A stretch of DNA of 64,000 bases from contig JAFQBX010000043.1 of the NCBI GenBank assembly GCA_017399535.1, forward strand, positions 11,971-75,970. The letters run 5' to 3'. The stretch's first letter is position 1. Every line of letters starts with the position of its first letter. The stretch is from Clostridia bacterium. GTDB lineage: Bacteria > Bacillota > Clostridia > Oscillospirales > Acutalibacteraceae. Under the pieces are notes generated by a model. That model did not search any database. It worked only from the letters and a program-made list of their open reading frames with translations, and had not been told where the DNA came from. Made by a program: the position numbers and the translations under genes. Positions 45,965 through 55,196 of the stretch are shown here, piece after piece.

Positions 45965-47200
45965 ATGAGAATTTTATTAAAAAGAGTAGTTTCGTTATTT
46001 TTGATTTTGCCCGTAATTTTTATCACCGCGTCGGCTGACGGTGGGTATCAACAAACGAATATCGTAACCGAATATATTTCACCCGATTTAATGAGCGATA
46101 TTGAGGATGAGAAAGCCGTATTAACCGCGTCCGACGGCAGTCTGCAACTTAATGCAAAATCGGCAATTTTGATAGAAATGAACTCGGGTAAGGTGCTTTT
46201 TGAAAAGGATGCAGATGTAAAAATGCCACCGGCATCAATTACTAAAATTATGACGCTTTTGCTTGTAATGGAGGCAATCGAAGCAGGTAAATTCGATTAT
46301 AACACCGAGGTCATCTGCTCAGAACACGCGGCATCAATGGGCGGCTCACAAATTTGGCTCGAAGTCGGCGAAAAAATGACGGTGGATGAACTTTTACGCG
46401 CATCTGCCATCGGTTCCGCGAATGACGCAACCTGCGCTCTCGGGGAGCTTGTTTCGGGCAGCGAAGAGGGCTTTGTCGCACTTATGAATGAACGTGCAAA
46501 GTCGCTTTCGATGACCAATACCGTGTTTAAAAACTGCTCGGGGCTTGATGCTGACGGACATTTAACGACCGCGCGAGATATCGCCACAATGTCACGCGAA
46601 CTGCTGAAACATAAGGATATAACAAAATATACGACCGTTTGGATGGACTCCTTGCGCGATGGCAAAACCGAGCTTGTGAACACAAATAAGCTTGTCAGAT
46701 TTTATGACGGCGCAACGGGACTCAAAACGGGAACGACAAGCGGTGCAGGTTGCTGCTTATCAGCATCGGCGACAAGGGACTCACTGAGTTTAATCGCGGT
46801 TGTACTCGGCTGCGATTCGAGTAATAATAGATTCCAGGATGCAAAAAAATTGCTTAATTACGGCTTCTCAAATTACGGCAACGCGACAATAAAAATTTCG
46901 CAGGACGAATTACCCGAGTTGCCCGTTACCAAGGGAACAAAGGCAACCGTAACCCTCACGTCTAATGACAGTATTTCCTTTTTAGTCACGAAGGGCAAGG
47001 AGGGTGATATTCAAAAAAGCTATGATATACCCGAGAGATTAGAGGCACCGATAAAGGCAGGGGAAACCATAGGTACAATAACATTTACTCTCGACGGAAA
47101 GACGCTGGGACAGCTTCCCGTTGTCACGTCAAATGCAGTCGAAAAAATGACCTATTCAAAGGGCATTTTGAGGGTGTTGTCTGCATTGTTTACAAAATAG
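45965..47200 (+). CDS. D-alanyl-D-alanine carboxypeptidase (peptidase S11) with C-terminal PBP5-C-like domain
   Basis: 411 aa with a signal peptide, ASITKIMT (SxxK), SAND (SxN) and KTGTT. Confidence 0.88.
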   Translation: MRILLKRVVSLFLILPVIFITASADGGYQQTNIVTEYISPDLMSDIEDEKAVLTASDGSLQLNAKSAILIEMNSGKVLFEKDADVKMPPASITKIMTLLLVMEAIEAGKFDYNTEVICSEHAASMGGSQIWLEVGEKMTVDELLRASAIGSANDATCALGELVSGSEEGFVALMNERAKSLSMTNTVFKNCSGLDADGHLTTARDIATMSRELLKHKDITKYTTVWMDSLRDGKTELVNTNKLVRFYDGATGLKTGTTSGAGCCLSASATRDSLSLIAVVLGCDSSNNRFQDAKKLLNYGFSNYGNATIKISQDELPELPVTKGTKATVTLTSNDSISFLVTKGKEGDIQKSYDIPERLEAPIKAGETIGTITFTLDGKTLGQLPVVTSNAVEKMTYSKGILRVLSALFTK

Positions 47201-47447
47201 ACATAATGTGATATTTAACAAAAATCAAACATTCTTATATGTAAATATAACGCAAAAATAGCAGTTATGTGTCTTAATATATTAAAAATATGACATTTAA
47301 ATATAAATATATTGGCATAATATACAAATTACCTTTTTTATTTTATATAATTTAATGAAATTTGTATACCGGAGCAAAAACACCTTGAAATTAACCATGT
47401 GAAAAGATATAATGGAATGGAAATAAATACGAAAGAGATGTATTATT

Positions 47448-47771
47448 ATGAAAAAAATTATAGTTTCGGTCATTACCATTTGTTTCATTATTAGCACTCT
47501 TGCTACCATCTGTGTAAGTGCTGCTCCGTCGGCCGACGTTAACAGAGATAGAAGATCATCTGCTAATGACATACTTGCTCTTAGCCAACATATTCTCGGT
47601 GTAAATACCATCAATAATTACAAGTACGATGTTAACGATGACGGTACTGTTGATTCAGCCGATCTCGTTGCTTTACAGAATCACATTATCGGCATCTCTG
47701 TAATCGAAGAAGAAATTGTCGAAGAAGATCCGTTTGAACCCGGTATCGAAGACGCAGAAGACGAGCTTTAA
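47448..47771 (+). CDS. secreted dockerin-only protein
   Basis: 107 aa. Signal peptide (MKKIIVSVITICFIISTLATICVSA), then two dockerin type-I Ca-binding repeats (DVNRDRRSSANDILAL and DVNDDGTVDSADLVALQNHI) and an acidic tail. No catalytic or CBM module. Confidence 0.75.
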   Translation: MKKIIVSVITICFIISTLATICVSAAPSADVNRDRRSSANDILALSQHILGVNTINNYKYDVNDDGTVDSADLVALQNHIIGISVIEEEIVEEDPFEPGIEDAEDEL

Positions 47772-47799
47772 TACTTGATTTAATATTTGCAGATTAAAA

Positions 47800-47831
47800 G
47801 CCCCTGACCGAACTTGGTCAGAGGCTTTTTT
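47800..47831 (+). terminator. rho-independent terminator after the dockerin gene
   Basis: GCCCCTGACC-GAACTT-GGTCAGAGGC followed by TTTTTT. Confidence 0.75.
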
Positions 47832-47860
47832 GATTTTAGAAAAAAATAAAAGCGGCGATT

Positions 47861-47894
47861 GAGAGAGACACTTCGTAAAGAAGTTGTCTCTCTC
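47861..47894. other. strong 14-bp hairpin (terminator-like)
   Basis: GAGAGAGACACTTC-GTAAA-GAAGtTGTCTCTCTC, followed by GATTTTTA on the plus strand. Confidence 0.5.
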
Positions 47895-48014
47895 GATTTT
47901 TATCTATATAAAACAAAAGACACTTTGCACAAAGATTGTGAAAGTGTCATAGTGGGTTACATACTTTGAGAAAGGTAAATACTTGCCGAAAAGCAACAGA
48001 TACTTTTTCGGCTT

Positions 48015-48223
48015 GTGAAGCGAAGTTTTTGCTAAAGCAAAAGTGAAGCTGCTCTCTTTGTTCGCAGTGAAGTTCGGTCCTTAAGACCAAGTGAGGTTAA
48101 GTTTGCCCATTTCGCCGCAGGCGAAGCTTCACTGTCCGCAGGACAACTTCACTATCGTAGATAACTTCACTTGCCCGAAAGGGCAAACTTAGTTGAGGCG
48201 CACTTCCTTACGGAGTGCGCCTC
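48015..48223. repeat. array of a 9-nt motif in two orientations, interleaved with short hairpins
   Basis: Forward motif copies at 48015-48021, 48042-48050, 48066-48074 and 48090-48098 (degenerate, AGTGAGGTT). Complementary copies at 48125-48133, 48145-48153 and 48163-48171, plus a degenerate copy at 48186-48192. Hairpins at 48027-48042, 48076-48088, 48111-48125, 48133-48145, 48153-48163, 48171-48186 and 48195-48223. Confidence 0.6.
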
Positions 48224-48239
48224 GAGGTCGGTGCTTTTA

Positions 48240-49685
48240 TTAAAATAATATATCTACAATCTTTTGTGCTGCGTCGAAATTATAACCGCTGAAATTTAAT
48301 TGTTTAAATGGTTCAACCTTTTCCTTGTCAAAATCACTTTCAGCAATTGCTTTGATTAGCTCATCGAAATTGCGCACAATTTTTCCGGGTACATAATCCT
48401 CAAATGGTTCGTAAAAGTCACGATTAGCAATATATTCGTCAAGGTCAAAGGTGTAAAACAGCATCGGCTTGTCTAAGAGTGCCGCCTCGTATATTAGCGA
48501 GGAATAATCGGTTACTACTAAATCCGCTTCTTGCAGAATATCGTTGACCTCACGCAAATCAGAATGGTCAATAAGTACATCCTTGCACTCGTCTGAAATG
48601 TGCAATCTTTCCTTAATAAATGGGTGCATTTTGAAAATGACCTGCATATTATTCGTTCTGCAAACATCGGCTAGTTTATCCAGTTCGAGCATTTCATAAG
48701 GATAATATGCGCTTTCTTTACCATTTCCGCGGAATGTCGGTGCGAACAGTATAGTGAATTTGTCAGCGCTCTTTTTATTATTGGATTTTAAATTGTCGCA
48801 ACGGGGGATACCGGTGGCATAAACGCATTCCATAGGGATACCGAATGCCTCGGCGTAATATTTTCTGACCCCTTCACCGCTAACGAATGCGTGAGTATAG
48901 CATCGGTGTGCATTTGAGTCAAAGCGAAGCGAACCTTCTTTACCGAGTCGGCTGTAACCGAATGTCTTGAATGCACCGCAAGCGTGCCAAAGTTGCGCAA
49001 TTTTTACCTTTTTATCATAGTTAAAACGATAAATAATCGGGTGATAATCGTCGATAATTACCGTTTCACTTTGACCAAGCATCCACGCAGTCTTGATATA
49101 AAATATGAAATTCGGTTTATCGGTAAACGAAAATTTAATTTTGAGCCGATTTTTCAGCTCATCTCGTTTTAAAATTTCGTCTAAAATGCATTTTTCGTTG
49201 CCCGAGATATCTTTTCTCGATTGGCTGGTAAAAAGGACGTTGTTGCTCGATTTAAAAAAGACTTTCGCTGTATAAAAAATTGTTTTGAGCAAAACATCCG
49301 CGCATTTAACGATTAAATTTACCTTAGTGGGCGAAAGTGTGCTGATTAAACAGATTCCGTCGCGGTTACATTCGGTCGCTATTTTAAACACGCCGCCGTT
49401 GTCGCTGAAATCGCGGCTGTCATTTATCTCAATCTCGATTTCACCGTCGAATTTAAGCAACCATTTTCCGCTCGGAAGCGGCGATTTATCATACCCTGAC
49501 GCTAAATCAAAGCAGACGGTAAATCCATTGTCATCCTCGTCCTTGTATAGCGGAAAAAGGTGCAGATTATCATTTTCCGAGACAAAATGAATGTCACCGC
49601 ATTTGCCCTTTCCGAAAATAAAAAGAAGGGCACGCTTTAAATATGCTGATGTAATAACATTTTTACTCATAAAGCTGCCCTCCAT
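48240..49685 (-). CDS. CDP-glycerol/ribitol glycerophosphotransferase family protein (TagB/TagF/TarL-like)
   Basis: 481 aa. The C-terminal domain has WHACGAFK, FAPTFRG, FKMHPF, TDYSS and RDFYEP motifs shared with the next gene. Confidence 0.85.
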   Translation of the reverse strand: MEGSFMSKNVITSAYLKRALLFIFGKGKCGDIHFVSENDNLHLFPLYKDEDDNGFTVCFDLASGYDKSPLPSGKWLLKFDGEIEIEINDSRDFSDNGGVFKIATECNRDGICLISTLSPTKVNLIVKCADVLLKTIFYTAKVFFKSSNNVLFTSQSRKDISGNEKCILDEILKRDELKNRLKIKFSFTDKPNFIFYIKTAWMLGQSETVIIDDYHPIIYRFNYDKKVKIAQLWHACGAFKTFGYSRLGKEGSLRFDSNAHRCYTHAFVSGEGVRKYYAEAFGIPMECVYATGIPRCDNLKSNNKKSADKFTILFAPTFRGNGKESAYYPYEMLELDKLADVCRTNNMQVIFKMHPFIKERLHISDECKDVLIDHSDLREVNDILQEADLVVTDYSSLIYEAALLDKPMLFYTFDLDEYIANRDFYEPFEDYVPGKIVRNFDELIKAIAESDFDKEKVEPFKQLNFSGYNFDAAQKIVDILF

Positions 49686-49691
49686 AATATT

Positions 49692-51350
49692 TTATTCTTT
49701 TGTGCCTAAAATCAGCCAGTCAATTACTCTGTCGGTCGAACCGCCGTCCTGATATTCAAAGTTCTTGTCCCTAAATGGAGCAACCTTTTCCTGCTCAAAA
49801 TCGTTAGTTTCAATCGCCTTAATCAGTTCGCCGAATGTTTTTACAATTTTACCGGGAACGAATGCTTCAAACGGCTCGTAAAAATCGCGAGACGAAATAT
49901 ATCCGTCGAGGTCGAACGCGTAAAACAGCATGGGAATATCTAAACTCGATGCCTCGTAAACAACCGACGAATAGTCGGTTATGAGCTGGTCGGTGATAAA
50001 GAGAATGTCGTTAATTTCGCGATATTCAGACGCATCAATCATAACGTCCTTGAATTCATCGGGGATGAAAATCGGTGTCTTAACAAACGGATGCATCTTA
50101 AAAATTACGACGCTGTCGGTCGATTTGCAGTAATTACCGAGCGCCTGCATATTGATTTTGCCAAAGGGATAGTGTGCGCTTTTTGCGCCGTTTCCGCGGA
50201 ATGTCGGAGCAAAGAGGATGACTTTTTTACCTCGTGCCTGTTCAAACGCCTTATACATTCTTTCTTTAACCTCGATTTTGTATTCGCTGTCAAAGAAAAT
50301 GTCGGTACGAGGAACCCCTGTGGGATAAACCTTGCTTTCGGCAATACCGAATGCTTCTGCATAAAATTTTGCTACGTGGGTGGAGCTTGCGATAGCGTGG
50401 GTATAAAGCTTGTGTGCCTTTGATTTCATAACGGGGCCGCCCGGTTTTCCGAGTCGGCTGAAACCAACCGTTTTAAACGCGCCGCAAGCGTGCCACACCT
50501 GAATAATTTTTGTGTCTTTTCTGTATTTAACGAGCTGAACGGTGGGGTTAAAGTCGTCGATAAGTATAATATCAGCCCTGCCTAGCAAGTATGGCATTTT
50601 AAACTTGTCAACAAATGAGCGTCGTGTTTTGAGACTTTCTTTGAACATCATGTGGATTTTGTACTGCTTATCGAGTCCTCGCTCACACATTCTGTCATAA
50701 ATTAGTCCCAAATTTCCACCGATTTCGGCACGCGAATCGGATGTGAAAAGAACGTTTTTGCTCGAATGAGGCAACATATTTGATGCGTAAAAAATAATTT
50801 TAAACCACGATTTATTAAACCAGTAAACGAGCGGCTTAAACAGCTTTATAAATCCTTTTATGAATTTTACAAACGGATTTTTCTTATTCGGGTGCTGATA
50901 AAGGATATCAAGCGTTAAGCCGCCCTTTGCGTTGAGGGTGGGATTTGCTTGATAATAATGTTTTGCGCTTTTTTCGAATTTTTTATAAAAACGCTGGATT
51001 TTAACCGATTTATCGTTGCAATAAACGTATTCGTCCTCGATTCCGTCATCGCAAAAAAGGTCGTCCGAAATGGTTGGCATGTATTTAACACCTGTAACCT
51101 TATCCTGCGCCATCAATGTCCATTCGCCGTCATTCAGATATGTGCAATCAATGTTTGCCGTGCTGACGTTGAGACGGATTAAATAGTATTCGTCGATAAA
51201 CTGAACCGACGTAAGCGGAATAGAAACCTCTCCGTTACAAAGAAAAAATGAAACTGCGCTTTCATCAATGTTCTTAATTTTTCCTGCGATATTGAGTATA
51301 ACTCGTTCCCATTTTAAGCTGTCGATAGTAATAATCGGTGTAAAATCCAT
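49692..51350 (-). CDS. CDP-glycerol/ribitol glycerophosphotransferase family protein (TagF/TarL-like), paralog
   Basis: 552 aa with the same C-terminal motif set (WHACGAFK, FAPTFRG, FKMHPF, TDYSS, RDFYEP). Confidence 0.85.
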   Translation of the reverse strand: MDFTPIITIDSLKWERVILNIAGKIKNIDESAVSFFLCNGEVSIPLTSVQFIDEYYLIRLNVSTANIDCTYLNDGEWTLMAQDKVTGVKYMPTISDDLFCDDGIEDEYVYCNDKSVKIQRFYKKFEKSAKHYYQANPTLNAKGGLTLDILYQHPNKKNPFVKFIKGFIKLFKPLVYWFNKSWFKIIFYASNMLPHSSKNVLFTSDSRAEIGGNLGLIYDRMCERGLDKQYKIHMMFKESLKTRRSFVDKFKMPYLLGRADIILIDDFNPTVQLVKYRKDTKIIQVWHACGAFKTVGFSRLGKPGGPVMKSKAHKLYTHAIASSTHVAKFYAEAFGIAESKVYPTGVPRTDIFFDSEYKIEVKERMYKAFEQARGKKVILFAPTFRGNGAKSAHYPFGKINMQALGNYCKSTDSVVIFKMHPFVKTPIFIPDEFKDVMIDASEYREINDILFITDQLITDYSSVVYEASSLDIPMLFYAFDLDGYISSRDFYEPFEAFVPGKIVKTFGELIKAIETNDFEQEKVAPFRDKNFEYQDGGSTDRVIDWLILGTKE

Positions 51351-51365
51351 TGTTTTAAAAGTCCT

Positions 51366-52562
51366 TTACTGATTAGTAAATTTATGCGAAAGTGAAATAA
51401 TACCGCTTCCGATATAATCTGTTTGCGTGATGGTAAATTTGCGCTTGTTAGAAAATCCGACAAAAAATGTTGAATCATTGTCCCATAGCTCACCCGAAAG
51501 GAGATAGGTGCCTTCGAGCAGGGGAGGTGAATCAATTTTAATTTCGAGCGAATGTTTGCCAACATTTCCGTTTATGAGATTGTCCTTGCTTCGCTTATCG
51601 CTCATGAAAATCAGTTTTTCCTCGGCATCTCTGACGGTAAAGCCGAAATTAAGCTTGTCAATTTCCTTTTTTACCTCGTAATCAAAGCGGATTATAATAT
51701 CTTCACCGCGTTTAAACTCGGTTGTTTTTTCGCCGTTTGAGCCAAGCATAGCGAAGTTCATTATCTGTAAAATATCCTTCTTTTCGATAGGATAATCGGC
51801 ATTTTTTTCGGTTTGGGTTGACGTTATTTTCGCCTTTTCCTTCTTCAAAAAGTCCTCGTATTTTAGAATAACCGAGCCAAGCTCACCGTAATCCATCATC
51901 TTTCCTTCGTTAATCCAAAGCCCCATGGTGCAGAATGCCTTTACTGTAAAAAGGGAATGGCTGACGAATAGAATTGTCTTGCCTTCCTTGCGGAACTGCT
52001 TCATTTTTTCGATACATTTGAGTTTAAAAATATCATCGCCGACCGCAAGAACCTCGTCAACTACGAGAATGTCGGGGTCAACGTTTACTGAAACGGCAAA
52101 TCCAAGTCGCGATTTCATTCCGCTTGAATAGGTGCGAACAGGGCGGTTGATATAATCGCCAATATCGGCAAAATCGGTAATATCATCAATCTTTTTCTCA
52201 ATTTCCGCCTTTGGAATACCCATCGAAATTGCTTTGAGATAAATGTTTTCGATACCTGTCAGCTCGGGGTCGAATCCACTTGTAAGTTCCAGCATAGCGG
52301 AAATCTTTCCATTGGTTTCAATTTCACCCGACGTCTGCTTTGCGACGCCTGTTATGATTTTGAGAAGGGTTGACTTTCCCGACCCATTTTTGCCGAGAAT
52401 GCCAATAACCTCACCCTTTGGAATATCAATCGAAATGTTATCCAGTGCGGTAAATGCCTTGTAATGCTTTGTATGAAAAACGGTGTCAAAAATCCTTTTG
52501 AGCGGAGATGAATATATTTTATAAGCTTTTGTGAGGTTTTTTATTCTGATAGCATATTCCAT
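51366..52562 (-). CDS. tagH: teichoic acid / polysaccharide export ABC transporter, ATP-binding protein (TagH-like)
   Basis: 398 aa with GKNGSGKST, YSSGMKSRLGF and LVVDEVLAVGD, plus a C-terminal extension domain. Confidence 0.85.
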   Translation of the reverse strand: MEYAIRIKNLTKAYKIYSSPLKRIFDTVFHTKHYKAFTALDNISIDIPKGEVIGILGKNGSGKSTLLKIITGVAKQTSGEIETNGKISAMLELTSGFDPELTGIENIYLKAISMGIPKAEIEKKIDDITDFADIGDYINRPVRTYSSGMKSRLGFAVSVNVDPDILVVDEVLAVGDDIFKLKCIEKMKQFRKEGKTILFVSHSLFTVKAFCTMGLWINEGKMMDYGELGSVILKYEDFLKKEKAKITSTQTEKNADYPIEKKDILQIMNFAMLGSNGEKTTEFKRGEDIIIRFDYEVKKEIDKLNFGFTVRDAEEKLIFMSDKRSKDNLINGNVGKHSLEIKIDSPPLLEGTYLLSGELWDNDSTFFVGFSNKRKFTITQTDYIGSGIISLSHKFTNQ

Positions 52563-52574
52563 ATACCTACCTCC

Positions 52575-53405
52575 TTATAAAATATCGGCAAAATCGCGTT
52601 CGAGCTTTTTAAACAAATAGCTGCCGACAAGCGCGATAACAATAATTTCGCCCCAGAAACAAACGGTGCCTAAAACATCGTTGAAAAACCATGAATATGT
52701 CACACCGAAACCGCCCAAAAATGCCGAGCGATACACCTCGATAATGTATGACACGGGATTAAGCCGCACTATCGTATAAACGAGGGGATAATCCTTCACC
52801 TTTTCGATATTCCATAAAATCGGCGATAGCCAGAAAAGCACCTGAGTGAGTGACTTTATCATGTGTTCAAAGTCACGGCTGATTACAACAAGTGCCGAGA
52901 AAATGAGCGACACCGCCCACATAAGCACGAAAATACAAATCCAGCCGTAAATAATCTGAACAAAATTCAGCGACATATATCCCGAAACGGCAAAAATGAC
53001 CGCCGCAACTGCCGTCAGTATCATGTGAACGAGAAACTGATGCATCTCTTCAAAAACAGGGATTGTAGCGATGGGGAATACTGTTTTTGTAACGAGGTGC
53101 TTGTTTCTTCTAATCGACGTGCCGCAACGAAACCATGATTCCGAAATAAAGAACCAGGGGAGAATACCGGCTATCAAGCTAAAAATGTAAGGAACGTTGC
53201 CCGAATTTCCGCCTTTAATACCGATTGTTATGCCGAACCAATATACGAGAACGAAAAGGACGGGCTTAACAAAGGCCCAAACCATACCAAAGGTTGACCC
53301 TGAATACGTTTTTTTAAGTTCGATAGCCGACATACTTATGCTCTGTCGGAAATTCTTTATATTAGTCGCAATAATGTCAAACAATGCTTTAAAGGCAAAA
53401 ATCAT
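52575..53405 (-). CDS. tagG: ABC-2 type export permease (TagG-like)
   Basis: 276 aa, 6 TM, directly upstream of the ATPase gene. Confidence 0.85.
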   Translation of the reverse strand: MIFAFKALFDIIATNIKNFRQSISMSAIELKKTYSGSTFGMVWAFVKPVLFVLVYWFGITIGIKGGNSGNVPYIFSLIAGILPWFFISESWFRCGTSIRRNKHLVTKTVFPIATIPVFEEMHQFLVHMILTAVAAVIFAVSGYMSLNFVQIIYGWICIFVLMWAVSLIFSALVVISRDFEHMIKSLTQVLFWLSPILWNIEKVKDYPLVYTIVRLNPVSYIIEVYRSAFLGGFGVTYSWFFNDVLGTVCFWGEIIVIALVGSYLFKKLERDFADIL

Positions 53406-53417
53406 TAAATTTCCTCA

Positions 53418-54434
53418 CTAAATATTCCATTTTAATATGGTCTTAAACGGATTGGTCAAATCTCGGTCAAATGACCTGTAAATATCGTCAATGCAGTTGA
53501 TTTCAACAGTTTCGGATATGATTCTTTCGATACGATTCTGAATTTTTTTGTCGCGCAGAAAATCCATCGTGTTTTCAAAATCGGTTCTACCCGAGCGACT
53601 GCAACCAACCAACGTTAGTCCTCTTTCGAGCACCATTCGGGTAGCAATCGGTACTTCCTCCTCGGTAACGCCCATAAGCATAAGCGTACCCTGCGGATTT
53701 ATCGTGTCGATAATCTGTTTTATCGCGTAATAGCTGCCACCGCCGCCACAGCATTCGAATGCGTGGTCAACCTTTAAATCGGTAGGCAGCTTGTCTGCGA
53801 GATATGTCTCGTCAACGAAGGAAAACATACTGAGCTTTGTCTCGTCCATGCCGATAACAGTGATTTTTGCCTTCGGAAATTTAGCTTTAATAACGAGGGC
53901 GGTGAGATAACCGAGCCCTCCGTCACCCCAAATTCCGATACTTTTAACATCCGTCTGGGCTGCGCGTTCAAATCGGTTTGCCGCGTGGAAGGGAATGGTT
54001 ACAAATTCGCTCATGGCAGCAACTTCCGGCTTAATACCTTCGCAGGAAACGAGTCTTTCGGCGGGCAGGTCGACAAATTCGCGCATAAATCCGTCAGCAC
54101 CGCTTGACGAAAAGACGCTGTCGAGACGGTAGTTTTCGTATTCGCCGCATATTTCTTTTCCGGGCGAATTCGGTATCATTACGACCTTTTCGCCGACCTT
54201 GAATTTGTTATTCGGGCAATAAACTACTCGTCCCATACATTCGTGAATGAGAGCCATCGGTAGCTTTTTTCTCAAAATTGCGGCATCGCGCAGACCAAAA
54301 TAATAGCGCTGGTCGGCGTGACAAATCGACATATATTCAGGCCTGACGATAACCTTGTCGGTGTTGAGGTCGATATTCGTGTACTTGACCGAAATTACCT
54401 TCGGCTTTATGAGTTGATAAATATAACTAATCAA
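53418..54434 (-). CDS. tarJ: zinc-type alcohol dehydrogenase, probable ribulose-5-phosphate reductase (TarJ-like)
   Basis: 338 aa MDR-family protein (CHADQRY, GIWGDGGLG). The assignment rests on position directly after the tarI-like gene. Confidence 0.7.
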   Translation of the reverse strand: MISYIYQLIKPKVISVKYTNIDLNTDKVIVRPEYMSICHADQRYYFGLRDAAILRKKLPMALIHECMGRVVYCPNNKFKVGEKVVMIPNSPGKEICGEYENYRLDSVFSSSGADGFMREFVDLPAERLVSCEGIKPEVAAMSEFVTIPFHAANRFERAAQTDVKSIGIWGDGGLGYLTALVIKAKFPKAKITVIGMDETKLSMFSFVDETYLADKLPTDLKVDHAFECCGGGGSYYAIKQIIDTINPQGTLMLMGVTEEEVPIATRMVLERGLTLVGCSRSGRTDFENTMDFLRDKKIQNRIERIISETVEINCIDDIYRSFDRDLTNPFKTILKWNI

Positions 54435-54460
54435 AGCAAATTACTGCCTTTCTTACTTTT

Positions 54461-55165
54461 TTATTTAATAACCAGCATCGCCTTTGCAAGCTGATAATCG
54501 CTGATTGTAGTAATTTTAAAATTGAGGACCTCGCCATTTACGAGGTGAACGGGATGATTTTTAAGTACGAGGATTTTACAAGCATCGGTGAGAGTGGCTT
54601 TTTCCTCGTTAGTGAGTGCGTTAAAGCTGTCCATCAGCAACTTGATATTGAAGCTCTGCGGTGTCTGTCCCTGATAAAGACGGCTTCTTTCGGGAATATT
54701 TGAAATTGTGGTTCCGTCATCAGAGCGAACAATCGTATCGGTAGCGGGAACAACAGTATCACAAGCGCCGAATTTGAGGGCGGCTTCGATATTATCCTCG
54801 ATAATTCTTTTTGTAACAAAGGGGCGTACAGCATCGTGAGTAACGATAATATCGTCATCATTCAGTCCGTTTGATTCCTTAATAACGTCGATTACGTTGC
54901 ATAAGGTGCCGTTTCGGTCACTTCCGCCGGCACAAACGATGAGACGCTCGTCCTTTCCAATATGCTTTTCAATCAAATCCTCGCAATATGATTTCCAATC
55001 GGGGTTGATTCCGACAATGACCTTTTCAAATCGGTCGCACATGAGCATTTTTTCAACTGTATGGATAATAATGGGCTTTCCGTCAAGCTCGAGAAATTGC
55101 TTCGGAACGTCGGTGCTACCCATTCTTGTTCCTTTTCCACCTGCTAAAACTGCTGCATAAATCAT
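54461..55165 (-). CDS. tarI: IspD-family cytidylyltransferase, probable ribitol-5-phosphate cytidylyltransferase (TarI-like)
   Basis: 234 aa with the IYAAVLAGGKGTRMG N-terminus and VTHDAVRPF. Confidence 0.8.
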   Translation of the reverse strand: MIYAAVLAGGKGTRMGSTDVPKQFLELDGKPIIIHTVEKMLMCDRFEKVIVGINPDWKSYCEDLIEKHIGKDERLIVCAGGSDRNGTLCNVIDVIKESNGLNDDDIIVTHDAVRPFVTKRIIEDNIEAALKFGACDTVVPATDTIVRSDDGTTISNIPERSRLYQGQTPQSFNIKLLMDSFNALTNEEKATLTDACKILVLKNHPVHLVNGEVLNFKITTISDYQLAKAMLVIK

Positions 55166-55196
55166 AATTTTATCTACCTTTCGTGAGGGTTTAACC

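Noticed and set aside
48015-48223. CRISPR array
   Set aside because: The conserved unit is only 7-9 nt. Spacing is 18-28 nt. Copies occur in both orientations, and no cas genes are nearby.
47832-48239. REP/BIME-like or MITE repeat cluster
   Set aside because: The hairpin stems differ in sequence between units, whereas REPs share the palindrome. No terminal inverted repeats or target duplications are visible, no similar units occur elsewhere in the window, and no RAYT or transposase gene is present.
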